From assembly GCA_963663475.2 (NCBI GenBank), contig CAXXJV010000001.1, forward strand, positions 1,184,001-1,248,000: a stretch of 64,000 nucleotides of DNA, in the 5' to 3' direction. Source of the DNA: Candidatus Cloacimonadales bacterium (lineage in GTDB: Bacteria; Cloacimonadota; Cloacimonadia; Cloacimonadales; JAFGVF01). A program made the position numbers and the translations under genes. Below the pieces are notes generated by a model that was given only the letters and a program-made list of their open reading frames with translations, did no database searches and was not told the DNA's origin. The first letter of the stretch is position 1; every line of letters begins with the position of its first letter. Positions 41,703 through 52,017 of the stretch are shown here, one piece after another.

Positions 41703-42845
41703 ATGAAAAAATATAAAATACTAGTTTCTGTTTTAGCCTATGATAATGGTAAATCAGGTATTGCAGATTATATAAATAATGTAGTTAAGTATCTTTCAGT
41801 AAACCATAGTTTAGACCTATTAATATATGAGAAAGATTCCTATATTTTTCCTCATAAAAACGATAATATCAACTATCTAATAGTATCTGATAAGTTTTCT
41901 AAACCTGCTATTAGTATGGCATATCATCTCTTTGTCTTACCCTTTAATTTACCTCTAGATGATTATGATTTTGTCTTTTTACCTGCAGGTAATCGTCGCT
42001 TGTTCTCTTATTACTCAAAGAAGACAATTGTAACTTTCCATGATTTATCTCAATTTCATATTGAGAATAAGTATGATTCATTGAGGATGCATTATATTAA
42101 GAAAGTAATTCCTTTTTTCTTGAAGAAGGCCCAGATTGTCATGGCAATAAGTGAAAGTACTAAGCAAGACTTAGTCAAGTTTTACGACATGAATCCAGCT
42201 GATATTGAAGTAAATTATAATGGTTATGATCCGAGTAAATTAGAAGTTGCTTTAACTGAAGAACAACTTGTGAATAAGTTTAATATTGTAGATGACTATA
42301 TCCTCTATATTTCCCGCATAGAACATCCAGGGAAGAATCATCTTAACCTAATCAAAGCTTATGAAATGCTACCAGATAAGTTAAAGAAAGCTTACCAATT
42401 AGTTTTTGCTGGAAGTGAATGGAATGGGGCAGAGGAAGTTATTAATTATGTTAATAAATCTGCTGATAAAGATAGAATTCTCTTTTTGGGTTTTGTGCAA
42501 GACCAAGATTTAGGAGCTCTTTATAAGTTTGCTGATCTTTATGCCTTCCCATCTTTCTATGAGGGTTTTGGTATTCCTCTATTGGAGGCAATGTATAGTG
42601 AGACTCCAGTGGTCTGTTCCAATGTTTCTTCACTACCCGAGGTAGGAGGTGATGCTGTAGTAACTTTTAATCCAGCATCTCCCGAAAATATCGCTAGTGT
42701 GCTTAAATATGTTATCGAAAATCCTCAGATACAAGATAAGATGGTCAAGGCTGGAAGAGAACAAGTTAAAAAATTTAGCTGGACTAAGCACTGTGATAAA
42801 ATTATCTCATTAATAGAAAAACAGAATAAAGACGCTTGCAACTAA
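41703..42845 (+). CDS. Glycosyltransferase family 4
   Basis: VTFHDL, FPSFYEGFGIPLLEAM, SSLPEVGG, FSW. Confidence 0.93.
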   Translation: MKKYKILVSVLAYDNGKSGIADYINNVVKYLSVNHSLDLLIYEKDSYIFPHKNDNINYLIVSDKFSKPAISMAYHLFVLPFNLPLDDYDFVFLPAGNRRLFSYYSKKTIVTFHDLSQFHIENKYDSLRMHYIKKVIPFFLKKAQIVMAISESTKQDLVKFYDMNPADIEVNYNGYDPSKLEVALTEEQLVNKFNIVDDYILYISRIEHPGKNHLNLIKAYEMLPDKLKKAYQLVFAGSEWNGAEEVINYVNKSADKDRILFLGFVQDQDLGALYKFADLYAFPSFYEGFGIPLLEAMYSETPVVCSNVSSLPEVGGDAVVTFNPASPENIASVLKYVIENPQIQDKMVKAGREQVKKFSWTKHCDKIISLIEKQNKDACN

Positions 42846-42866
42846 GGATTTACTGTTACTACTAAC

Positions 42867-43349
42867 CTATAATTTATTAAATTTATTAGCAAAATCTTTA
42901 ATCTTATCCTTATCTATATCTTTATAAGAGCATTTAACCTTTTTAACATATTTAAGAAGAAGTCTTACTAACCAAGAAAACTTTTTAAGTTTAATTTCAG
43001 ATCCAATTACAGAGATAGCACTTGCTTTAGTAAACATATCATTAGGAATAGTATCTTTTAACTGCTTTTCTAAGATATCCTTATTGGATTCTCCAGCCAT
43101 GATAAAGATGCCAAATCTTCTGTTTAAAATTTCTGGACGATGGAGGAAGATAAAATTTTTAATCTTCCTATCTATCTGACCAAAATATATGGAAGATCCA
43201 ATTAATATATTGTCATAGCAGGAAATATCTTCTACTTGCTCTTCGTGAGCATTAACAAGCCTTACAGAGCCAGTCAGCTCTTTACGAAGTAACTGGGCAA
43301 CCTCTTTTACACTTCCATTCTTTGTCGCGTATATAATGAGAGTATTCAT
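42867..43349 (-). CDS. Flavodoxin-domain protein (HemG-like)
   Basis: IIYATKNGSVKEVA, ILIGSSIYFG. Confidence 0.8.
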   Translation of the reverse strand: MNTLIIYATKNGSVKEVAQLLRKELTGSVRLVNAHEEQVEDISCYDNILIGSSIYFGQIDRKIKNFIFLHRPEILNRRFGIFIMAGESNKDILEKQLKDTIPNDMFTKASAISVIGSEIKLKKFSWLVRLLLKYVKKVKCSYKDIDKDKIKDFANKFNKL

Positions 43350-43933
43350 TTTTCATCTCCTCTGTTAACTACTTGTTCAAATAAAATCTTTAATTCTTCT
43401 TTTTCAAGAACTTTTTTAGCTGAATCCAAAAATTCATCCATCTTATCATAGCCATGACCCTTATATATTGCAGCTTGAAGTCCCATTTCAAATTTATCAA
43501 TTTGCTTCAAAAACTTAGCTTCAGGACTTTTAGCTTCTTCAAACTCTTTCCATAAATCGATAAATTCTTCTTTTCCAGGATAGGATGCAAAGACCTTTTC
43601 AATACTCTTCTCTTCTAAATCGTACTTTTCTGCTAAGGAAATCCCATCAACTGGAGTAATATCGCCAGCATAAATTTCACCAATTTCGTGGACAAGAGCC
43701 ATTTTGAGAAGTTTCTCCATATTCACTTTTAACCCTAAATGTTTTGCTAAGAGCCAGGCAGTCATTGCCGTACCAAAAGTATGGTCTGCTACTGATTCTC
43801 CATGGGCTTGAGGAACATCTCTTTTCAGCCAGCCTTGACGGAAAAGATTTTTGAGTTTAAAGACTTGGTAGAGAAGCTCTAAATTATCATTATTAAAAAA
43901 ATCAGCTGTAATTTCATTATATTTTTTTTTCAT
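43346..43933 (-). CDS. HD-domain hydrolase (YfbR/HDDC2-like 5'-deoxynucleotidase)
   Basis: RQGW, ESVADH, LVHEIGEIYAGDITP (HD appears as HE), EAKFLKQIDKFE. Confidence 0.85.
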   Translation of the reverse strand: MKKKYNEITADFFNNDNLELLYQVFKLKNLFRQGWLKRDVPQAHGESVADHTFGTAMTAWLLAKHLGLKVNMEKLLKMALVHEIGEIYAGDITPVDGISLAEKYDLEEKSIEKVFASYPGKEEFIDLWKEFEEAKSPEAKFLKQIDKFEMGLQAAIYKGHGYDKMDEFLDSAKKVLEKEELKILFEQVVNRGDEK

Positions 43934-44081
43934 TAAAGTACCTCATTTATAAAGTAATTTCATAATAAATAGGATAAATTTTCTGTCAATAAAGAAGTCA
44001 AATCTTACTGGTTGGAATAATTTAATTGACACAAAAATATTGAATTATTTTTTGAGAAAAAAATATCTAATTGGAGGCTAA

Positions 44082-45212
44082 GTGAAATATCTTAACCAGA
44101 GAAAGATGGAAGGTATCTTATTCCTAGTGATCTTTTTAGGAATCTTTACCTTTTTAGGATCCAAAATGGGAGCTAATAATCTCCTTGGTTCCATCATGAA
44201 CACAGCCCATGATCTCTTATTAAACACTGTTTTTTATATCATGGCAATTACTGTTTTATCTTCAGCTTTAGGTCAGCTCATGATTGAGTTTGGGGTTGTG
44301 AGACTTCTGGAAGGTGTCTTAGCTCCTCTAATGCGTCCTATTTTTAACCTACCTGGAGTTGCTTCTTTAGGTGGCTTAATGACTTTTTTCTCAGATAACC
44401 CAGCCATTATTTCTTTAGCTAAGGATAAGAACTTTAATGCCTATTTTAAGAAGCATGAGCTCATATCTCTTACAAACTTTGGGACTTCTTTCGGAATGGG
44501 CTTGATAGTTATTAGTTTTATGATAGGTAAGGGCTTTGTAGCTGCAGCCTTCATTGGATTTATGGGAGCTATTATTGGCTCAATAATTTCTACAAGAATG
44601 ATGCAGGCAATGATAAAAAATGAATTCCATAATATTCCTAGGGAAGTTCCAGCAGATTTAGAAGAGAATGTCTCATTTAAATCTAAGGGTAATTTTTCCA
44701 TGAGATTTTTAAATGCTACTCTTGATGGCGGTAAAGCTGGTGTAGAGCTAGGTTTAGCTGTTATTCCTGGTGTTTTAATTATTTCAACAGCAGTGATGAT
44801 TCTTACTTTATCTAGTAAAGATCCTTCAGGTATTTACACTGGTGCAGCTTATGAAGGTGTTCCTGTTATTCCTTATTTAGCTAATAAGGTTGGTTGGTTC
44901 TTCCAATTCTTATTTGGATTTGAACAAGCTGAAGCTATTGCCTTTCCTATTACTGCTTTAGGTTCAGTTGGTGGAGCTCTTTCTTTAGTACCAAAATTCA
45001 TTGAAACAGGTATTGCTAAAGGCAATGAAATTGCTGTCTTTACTGCTATGGGTATGTGCTGGTCTGGTTATTTGAGTACTCATACTGCTATGCTTGATAC
45101 TTTAGGCTATCGTCGCTTAACTACTAAAGCTCTCCTTTCTCACACTATTGGAGGACTTCTAGCTGGGGTAGTAGCCCACTATGGTTATCTACTTTTACAA
45201 TATTTTGGCTAA
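44082..45212 (+). CDS. Integral membrane protein, nucleoside-recognition Gate-like (CD0519/CD1768-type)
   Basis: GTG start after ggagg; many TMs; PLMRPIFNLPG, SDNPAII, GMCWSGYLSTH. Confidence 0.7.
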   Translation: MKYLNQRKMEGILFLVIFLGIFTFLGSKMGANNLLGSIMNTAHDLLLNTVFYIMAITVLSSALGQLMIEFGVVRLLEGVLAPLMRPIFNLPGVASLGGLMTFFSDNPAIISLAKDKNFNAYFKKHELISLTNFGTSFGMGLIVISFMIGKGFVAAAFIGFMGAIIGSIISTRMMQAMIKNEFHNIPREVPADLEENVSFKSKGNFSMRFLNATLDGGKAGVELGLAVIPGVLIISTAVMILTLSSKDPSGIYTGAAYEGVPVIPYLANKVGWFFQFLFGFEQAEAIAFPITALGSVGGALSLVPKFIETGIAKGNEIAVFTAMGMCWSGYLSTHTAMLDTLGYRRLTTKALLSHTIGGLLAGVVAHYGYLLLQYFG

Positions 45213-45824
45213 ATGAAAATAGATATTCAAGCTAATTTACCTATAAGAATTTCTGCAAGAGTTATTAATGACATTATTGTTAGTAATAACTCTTCTGCCT
45301 TTCAAGAGTTGATTAAAGTAGGACAGTCTTATAGAAACAATTTTGCTAATCTAGCTATCAGTCAAATAGATGGAATTCAAGAAGCTAGAACTTTTTTCCG
45401 AGCAATAGGAATTGATCCTACAAAAAGAAGGCCATCTTCTGAGGCCTTGTTGAGAAGGGCTTTAAATAATAAGGATTTCTATCAAATTAATAATGTGGTT
45501 GATGTGGCTAACCTAGTTTCGCTAAGATCTCTACTACCTGTGTGTGTATATGATTATGATGCAATTCAGGGACAGATTTTTGTAAAGCTGGGTAGTCATG
45601 CAGATGAATACCTGGCCCATAATCATAGAATAATGAATTTTCAAGATAAATTTGTTATTTGTGATGAACTTGGACCATTTGGCTCTCCTCTCACAGATTC
45701 TCTAAGAACTGCTGTAACAAAGAAAACTTCAAATGTTTTGGCTTTAATTTTCGCACCTAAAGACTATAACTATCAAAAACTTGAGGATTATCTAGATCAA
45801 ATAATGCTAGGCATGAAAAACTAG
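45213..45824 (+). CDS. Stand-alone B3/B4 (PheRS-beta editing-like) domain protein
   Basis: GIDPTKRRPSSEALLRR, INNVVDVANLVSL, YDYDAI, GPFGSP. Confidence 0.88.
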   Translation: MKIDIQANLPIRISARVINDIIVSNNSSAFQELIKVGQSYRNNFANLAISQIDGIQEARTFFRAIGIDPTKRRPSSEALLRRALNNKDFYQINNVVDVANLVSLRSLLPVCVYDYDAIQGQIFVKLGSHADEYLAHNHRIMNFQDKFVICDELGPFGSPLTDSLRTAVTKKTSNVLALIFAPKDYNYQKLEDYLDQIMLGMKN

Positions 45825-46045
45825 TAATCATTTTTTTTAAGACTTCCTCATCAATCCTAAAATCCTACTGTAACTCTTGGGTTAAATCTACTGAATACCT
45901 GAGAAGTCTCTATTTTCACAGAATGTTGACAGAGTCAATTTCTCTGAGTTTTTGTTCTCTTTTATAAAAAGAAAGTGCTAATAGATTTCTTTAACCCAGA
46001 TACTTAAAAAATTTCCTGTAATCTCCTAGACCAAGTTTTATTTTT

Positions 46046-46066
46046 GGCTCAAGTTCAACTTGAACC
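46046..46066. mobile_element. Minimal family B element (two fused terminal inverted repeats)
   Basis: ggctcaagtt-c-aacttgaacc flanked by near-identical 8-mers ttattttt / ttatttgt. Confidence 0.55.
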
Positions 46067-46199
46067 TTATTTGTACACAGTCTGTGCTTGATAATTGAAC
46101 AGCATCGCTTGCTATAATCATAATTTAAAAAATATGATTGACTTATATAAGGCCTTTAGAAATTATAGTAAATTAGAAAAAATTTAATGAGAGGATGAT

Positions 46200-48683
46200 A
46201 TGGAATATCCATTTGAAGTATTTGAGAAGAAATGGCAAGATGTCTGGAAAGAAAGAAGAGTTTTTAACGCTGACAATGAAGTTGAAGGCAAGGAAAATTA
46301 CTTTGTCTTATCAATGTTTCCTTATCCCTCTGGCGTTTTACACATGGGACATGTGTCTAACTATTCAATAGGTGATGCTATATCACGTTATAAAATGATG
46401 CAAGGGTACAATGTCTTGCAACCTATGGGGTATGACTCATTTGGAATGCCAGCAGAGAACTTTGCTATCCAGCATAACACTCATCCCCGTTTAGCTACTG
46501 AAAGTAATATGGCTATTATGCAGGGACAGTTGACAGCAATGGGTTTTGGCTTCGATTGGGAAAGGACTCTAGCTACTTCAACACCAGAGTATTATCGTTG
46601 GGGCCAGTGGTTATTTAAAAGATTATATGAAAAAGGCTTAGTATATAAAAAGAAATCATTTGTTAATTGGTGTGATCAATGTCAGACTGTTCTTGCTAAT
46701 GAGCAGGTTGAGGATGGTAAGTGCTGGCGTGATGGTTCTACTGTTAGACAGAAGGAAATGGAGCAATGGTATTTTAAAATTACTGATTATGCTGAAGAAT
46801 TATTAGATTTCTCAAAGATGGTAGATTGGCCAGAAAGGGTTATAACTATGCAGAAGAATTGGATTGGTAGATCTACTGGGACTGAAATTGATTTCATTGA
46901 TGAAGAAAGTCAGGAAAAAATCAAAGTCTTTACTACTCGTCCAGACACTATTTTCGGTGTTACTTTTATGGCTCTTCCACCAGAACATGAATATATTAGA
47001 AATTTACTTGCTAATGAAACTCAAGATAGTGAGTTAGCTCAATTCTGTGATAAAGTTATCAATGAAGATAAGAAGGAAAGAGGATCTGCTGATCAAGCTA
47101 AAGAAGGTTTCTTTACTGGCAAATATTGCCTAAATCCAGTTAATGGTGATAGGGTGCAAATCTGGGTAACTAACTATGTTCTTATGGATTATGGTACAGG
47201 AGCTGTAATGGCAGTACCTGCTCATGATCAAAGAGATTTTGATTTTGCTAAGAAGTATGATATTCCTATGAAACTTGTTATCCAAAATGAAGATAAATCA
47301 TTAGTCTTAGCAGAAATGACTGAAGCTTATGTTGAAGCTGGTATTTTAGTTAACTCTGGAAAATTCGATAATAAGAAGAGCCTAGAAGCAAAAGAAGAAA
47401 TTTCTGCTTGGATAGATGAAAATAAAATGGGAGCAATGACCACAACTTACCGTCTAAGAGACTGGGGTGTATCTCGTCAAAGATATTGGGGAAATCCAAT
47501 ACCAGTAATTCATTGTGAAAAATGTGGTTCTGTTTTAGTTGCAGATGAAGATCTTCCAGTTCTTTTGCCTGAAAATGTTCAGGTTGGAAGAACTACACAA
47601 AATCCTTTGTTATCGGTAGAAGAATGGGTTAATACTACTTGTCCAACTTGTGGTGGACCTGCTAGACGTGAGACAGATACCATGGATACTTTTGTAGATT
47701 CTTCTTGGTATTATGCCCGTTATACTGACCCAAAGAATACTGAGATGCCTTTCACTCCAGAAATAGCTGAAAAATGGTTACCAGTTGACCAGTATATTGG
47801 TGGGATTGAACATGCTTGTATGCACTTGATATATGCTAGATTTTTCCATAAATTTATGAGAGATATAGGCCTTGTTAAAGGTGATGAACCATTTGCTAGA
47901 CTTCTTACTCAAGGAATGGTATGTAACATGGGTAGTAAGATGTCTAAATCAAAAGGTAATGGAGTTGATCCTCAACCCTATATAGACAGATATGGTTCAG
48001 ATGCTATACGTGTCTTTATGCTTTTTGCTTCTCCACCAGAAAAAGATGTTGATTGGAGCGATGATGGAGTTGTTGGAGCCTTTAGGTTCTTGAATAGAGT
48101 CTATCGTCAGGCTGAAAACTATTCAGACTTAATAAAGGATAATTATAAAGAGTATTCTCCTGAAATGGAAATATCAAAAGAGATGAAAGAAGTAAGATTC
48201 TCTACACATTCTATGATTAAAAAATGGTATGAAGATATAGAAGAGAGATTGCAGTTTAATACAGCAATAGCTTCAATAATGGAGCACTTAAATAAGGTTG
48301 CTTCCATAAAGAATCCACAAGATTTAAGTGATAATGATAAGGTAATCTTTGCAGAAGCAAATGCAGTAATGTTTAGACTTATCTATCCATTTGCACCTCA
48401 TGTGAGCGAAGAAGTTTGGAGTATGATTGGTCAAGCTGGTCTAGTCCATGAAAGTGGATTGCCTAACTTTAATCCAGCATATTTAGTAAAGGATCAAGTC
48501 ACCTATGTGGTACAAGTTAATGGTAAGCTTAGAGGTAAGATAGAGGTATCTACAGAGACAAGTGAAGCTGAAATAAAAGACCTTGCTTTAAATTTAGAAA
48601 ATGTTGTTAAATTCCTCGAGGGAAAAGAGATTAAGAAAATTATTGTAGTTAAGAAGAAATTAGTTAGTATTGTAGTAAAATAG
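46200..48683 (+). CDS. leuS: Leucine--tRNA ligase
   Basis: MFPYPSGVLHMGH, GTGAVMAVPAHDQRD, DWGVSRQRYWG, KMSKSKGN, VQVNGKLRG. Confidence 0.98.
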   Translation: MEYPFEVFEKKWQDVWKERRVFNADNEVEGKENYFVLSMFPYPSGVLHMGHVSNYSIGDAISRYKMMQGYNVLQPMGYDSFGMPAENFAIQHNTHPRLATESNMAIMQGQLTAMGFGFDWERTLATSTPEYYRWGQWLFKRLYEKGLVYKKKSFVNWCDQCQTVLANEQVEDGKCWRDGSTVRQKEMEQWYFKITDYAEELLDFSKMVDWPERVITMQKNWIGRSTGTEIDFIDEESQEKIKVFTTRPDTIFGVTFMALPPEHEYIRNLLANETQDSELAQFCDKVINEDKKERGSADQAKEGFFTGKYCLNPVNGDRVQIWVTNYVLMDYGTGAVMAVPAHDQRDFDFAKKYDIPMKLVIQNEDKSLVLAEMTEAYVEAGILVNSGKFDNKKSLEAKEEISAWIDENKMGAMTTTYRLRDWGVSRQRYWGNPIPVIHCEKCGSVLVADEDLPVLLPENVQVGRTTQNPLLSVEEWVNTTCPTCGGPARRETDTMDTFVDSSWYYARYTDPKNTEMPFTPEIAEKWLPVDQYIGGIEHACMHLIYARFFHKFMRDIGLVKGDEPFARLLTQGMVCNMGSKMSKSKGNGVDPQPYIDRYGSDAIRVFMLFASPPEKDVDWSDDGVVGAFRFLNRVYRQAENYSDLIKDNYKEYSPEMEISKEMKEVRFSTHSMIKKWYEDIEERLQFNTAIASIMEHLNKVASIKNPQDLSDNDKVIFAEANAVMFRLIYPFAPHVSEEVWSMIGQAGLVHESGLPNFNPAYLVKDQVTYVVQVNGKLRGKIEVSTETSEAEIKDLALNLENVVKFLEGKEIKKIIVVKKKLVSIVVK

Positions 48684-48811
48684 ATTCGGCAATCCCCCTC
48701 CTAGAGGGGGAGGCAGGATACTAATATATTCGAGGGGATCTAAAGCTGTTAGATTGGCCTTGAGAAGTAAATTTCTTATGAGGGTGTAGGAAATTAATAA
48801 GGGAGATACTG

Positions 48812-49372
48812 ATGAATGTTATTCATAGTAAGACTGGTTGGATTGAAGTCATAACTGGTTCAATGTTTAGCGGAAAAACAGAAGAGTTGATTCGCAGAAT
48901 CAGGAGAGCAGAGTATGCTAAGCAAAAAGTTCAGATTTTTAAACCAAAGATAGATAATAGATATGAGGATGATTATATAGTTTCTCATTCCATGATGAAA
49001 GCTCCTTCAACTAAGATAGAAGATATTAATGAAGTCTTAGACTTGATAGAAGAAGATACACAAGTTGTGGCAATAGATGAAGTACAGTTTTTTTCAGAAG
49101 ATGTCATAGATATTTGTAATAAATTAGCTGATCAAGGCAAGCGAGTAATTGTTGCTGGTTTAGACCAAGATTATAAGGCTAAGCCTTTTGGCCCAATGCC
49201 TAAGCTGCTAGCAGTAGCAGAATATATAACAAAGAACTCAGCTATTTGTGTTAAATGTGGTAATCCTGCTACAAGAACTCAACGATTAGTTAGAGATACA
49301 GATACTATTCTAGTTGGTTCTAAAGAAATCTATGAAGCTAGATGCCGAAATTGTCATGAGGTATTAGATTGA
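48812..49372 (+). CDS. tdk: Thymidine kinase
   Basis: [29 protein letters not shown]...YEARCRNC. Confidence 0.97.
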   Translation: MNVIHSKTGWIEVITGSMFSGKTEELIRRIRRAEYAKQKVQIFKPKIDNRYEDDYIVSHSMMKAPSTKIEDINEVLDLIEEDTQVVAIDEVQFFSEDVIDICNKLADQGKRVIVAGLDQDYKAKPFGPMPKLLAVAEYITKNSAICVKCGNPATRTQRLVRDTDTILVGSKEIYEARCRNCHEVLD

Positions 49373-49644
49373 TGGGTAAAATCATTTATTGGGCTCTTGT
49401 TATCTATGAATTTATGATAATCTTAGCTGTTTTTAAGAGTTTTATTATCTATTTTTCCAGAAACAATAGGTTTTCTTATTTCCTGAGCAGACTAAGTTTT
49501 GTTGATTCTTTAACTGACCCTTATTTAAATATTTTTCGCAAACTTCTTCCACCCATTAATGGTTTAGATTTTTCCCCAATGATAGGACTAGTAATACTGC
49601 AAATAATCGAAAAATTAGTCTATACCAAATTAATTATTAACTGA
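49372..49644 (+). CDS. yggT: YggT-family membrane protein
   Basis: LTDPYLNIFRKLLPP..GLDFSP; ATG overlaps the tdk stop (TGATG). Confidence 0.9.
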   Translation: MGKIIYWALVIYEFMIILAVFKSFIIYFSRNNRFSYFLSRLSFVDSLTDPYLNIFRKLLPPINGLDFSPMIGLVILQIIEKLVYTKLIIN

Positions 49645-49656
49645 TAAGGATTTAAC

Positions 49657-50241
49657 ATGTCTATATCTATTCCCCAAATAAGAGACAAAGAGTTTTCGAC
49701 CAAAACTTTTGGCTACAGTAAACGCGAAGTAAGAGAATTTCTAGAATTTATAGCTAATGAAATATACCAGGAAAGAAATCAACAATTTCAATCTAAAGAG
49801 AAGGAAACTAAGGAAAAAGAGTTCATTTCTCATAAAGCTACCGAAGCAGTAAAAGGAGTAGAAGAACTAAAGAGGCGAGAAGAACTGATCCAAAAAACTT
49901 TACTGTTTGCTGAAAATGCTAAAGCAGAAATGATTAGTAATGCTAGAAAAGAAGCTGAAAATATAATTAGAGAAGCTGAAATTAAGGCAAAAAGGACAAT
50001 TAACGAAGCTCGTCACTACTTAAATCAACTAGATTTTCAGTATCTCAAACTTAAAGAAGAAAAGAGAATGTTCTTAATACAGACTGCTTCCCAGTTCAAG
50101 GCTTATTTGGAAAGACTAGAAAAAGACCCAGCTATTGCAAGGTTAAATGAGACAAGTGTCCAGAATGAAATGAAGAAAATTAAATCAGATAAAAAAATGC
50201 AAGAAGAGGAGAAAAATGAACAAGCAAATACAAATAGCTAA
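49657..50241 (+). CDS. divIVA: DivIVA-domain protein
   Basis: IRDKEFSTKTFGYSKREVREFL followed by coiled coil (ARKEAENIIREAE). Confidence 0.85.
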   Translation: MSISIPQIRDKEFSTKTFGYSKREVREFLEFIANEIYQERNQQFQSKEKETKEKEFISHKATEAVKGVEELKRREELIQKTLLFAENAKAEMISNARKEAENIIREAEIKAKRTINEARHYLNQLDFQYLKLKEEKRMFLIQTASQFKAYLERLEKDPAIARLNETSVQNEMKKIKSDKKMQEEEKNEQANTNS

Positions 50242-51028
50242 AGAATATATAGCAGAGAAAATTGGTATAGGTTATGAGATTGGAATAATTTTAGGAACAG
50301 GTTTAAGTAATTTTGCTGAATATGTTTCCGATAAGATAGTAATTCCCTATGATCAAATACCAGGATTTGTTAAATCTACTGCTCCAAGCCATAAAGGAAA
50401 CTTAATTGCAGGTAAACTTAAGGGTAAGAAAGTTCTTGTTTTACAGGGAAGATTTCATTTTTATGAAGGCTACTCTATGGAACAAGTTGTATTCCCTACC
50501 AGAGTGTTAAAATTACTTGGTATTCATACTTTAATAGTAACTAATGCTGCTGGATCTTTAAGAGAAGAATTCAAGCCTGGCTCAATTATTATGCTCAAAG
50601 ACCATATCAACTTTATGGGAACTAATCCTTTGATAGGACCTAATGATGAAGCCCTAGGAGAAAGATTTGTTTCTATGCATGATACCTATTGCGAGGAATA
50701 CAGAAATAAGATGAAACTTGTTTCTTTAGATAATAAAATTAAACTATCAGAAGGTGTCTATATCGCAGTAACTGGTCCGAGTTTTGAAACCAAAGCAGAA
50801 TGTCAATTCTTTGCTAACATAGGGGCAGATGTTGTTGGTATGTCCACTGTCCCTGAAGTAATTACAGCTATCCATTGTGGCTTGAAGGTTATGGCCTTCT
50901 CCATAGTTACTAACTATTCTAATCTTATTCAGAAGTCTAAGCATAGTCAAGAAGAGATAAGAGAGAATGCAGATATTGCTAAAGCAAATCTAGAAAAGCT
51001 AGTCTCAGAATTTGTTAAAGATATTTAA
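50216..51028 (+). CDS. punA: Purine-nucleoside phosphorylase (trimeric type)
   Basis: GIILGTGL, QGRFHFYEG, TNAAG, GPSFET, VGMSTVPE. Confidence 0.93.
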   Translation: MNKQIQIAKEYIAEKIGIGYEIGIILGTGLSNFAEYVSDKIVIPYDQIPGFVKSTAPSHKGNLIAGKLKGKKVLVLQGRFHFYEGYSMEQVVFPTRVLKLLGIHTLIVTNAAGSLREEFKPGSIIMLKDHINFMGTNPLIGPNDEALGERFVSMHDTYCEEYRNKMKLVSLDNKIKLSEGVYIAVTGPSFETKAECQFFANIGADVVGMSTVPEVITAIHCGLKVMAFSIVTNYSNLIQKSKHSQEEIRENADIAKANLEKLVSEFVKDI

Positions 51029-51091
51029 ATCATTGACAGATTTTTGAGATATTTATAAATATTATTTCTAAGAAAAATCGGAGAAATTCTT

Positions 51092-51502
51092 ATGTCAGAT
51101 AAAATGTTAACTAAAGAAGAATTAAAAGAGTGTGAAGCAAAATTGTTAAAAGAAAGACAGAAAAGTCTTGACTATATTAACAAACTCAATGAAAATCAAA
51201 AAGATAGTGTGAGAGAGAGTTCAGGTGATGCATCAGCTTATGCTATTCACCAAGCTGATCATGGTTCAGATACTTACTATAGAGAAAATCAAGTGCTCAT
51301 GATGGAGAAAGAACACCAACATTTAAAAAGCTTAAATGCTGCTCTTAAAAGAGTCTATGATGGAACTTATGGAATTTGTGAAATCTGTGGTAAGAGGATA
51401 CAGGAGAAACGCTTAGAATATGTACCTCATGCAACCCATTGTATAGAATGTCGGTCAGCAGATGACGAGAAAAAAAAGAAGAAGAATAGGAATAAAAAAT
51501 AA
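51092..51502 (+). CDS. TraR/DksA-family zinc-finger regulator
   Basis: HQADHGSD; GTYGICEICGKRIQEKRLEYVPHATHCIEC. Confidence 0.92.
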   Translation: MSDKMLTKEELKECEAKLLKERQKSLDYINKLNENQKDSVRESSGDASAYAIHQADHGSDTYYRENQVLMMEKEHQHLKSLNAALKRVYDGTYGICEICGKRIQEKRLEYVPHATHCIECRSADDEKKKKKNRNKK

Positions 51503-52017
51503 TGAAAGAGACTTGGAAGTATTTCCTAATTTCTGTAATAATAATAATAATTGACCAAGTATCAAAATATTTGGTAAGGTTGAAAATGCCACTTTACCAT
51601 TCAATTGAGATTTTTGGTAATTATTTTAAGCTAACCCATGTTGAAAACCATGGAGCTGCTTTTTCATTATCACTAGGAGACCATTCTCGCTGGATATTCA
51701 TAGGCCTAACCTTGGTCTTGTCATCAGTCTTTGTCTTCATGATAATAAAACAATCAAAGTTTCAAAAACTTTACTTTAGCTTTATCTTAGGTGGAGCTAT
51801 TGGTAACCTGATTGATAGAATAGTCTTTGGTAAAGTAACAGACTTCTTGGATAGCCTTTACCCCAGAATTCCTTCAGATTGGAATTTCTTCTATTCTTTT
51901 GATAGATGGCCAACTTTTAATGTAGCTGATTCAATGATTGTTATTGGAATGATATTATTTGCTATCGATGCAATAATTCTTGATAATAAACGAAAAAAAT
52001 CCCTTGAGGAGGCATAA
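51502..52017 (+). CDS. lspA: Lipoprotein signal peptidase II
   Basis: DQVSK, NHGAAFS, GGAIGNLIDR, VTDF, FNVADS. Confidence 0.96.
   Translation: MKETWKYFLISVIIIIIDQVSKYLVRLKMPLYHSIEIFGNYFKLTHVENHGAAFSLSLGDHSRWIFIGLTLVLSSVFVFMIIKQSKFQKLYFSFILGGAIGNLIDRIVFGKVTDFLDSLYPRIPSDWNFFYSFDRWPTFNVADSMIVIGMILFAIDAIILDNKRKKSLEEA

Noticed and set aside
45825-46199. T-box leader upstream of leuS
   Set aside because: No T-box antiterminator consensus is visible; the region holds repeat remnants and a promoter-like box close to the start.
48693-48711. Terminator after leuS (tccccctc-cta-gaggggga)
   Set aside because: A good stem but no U-tract; it may be a repeat remnant or stabilising hairpin, so it was not called.
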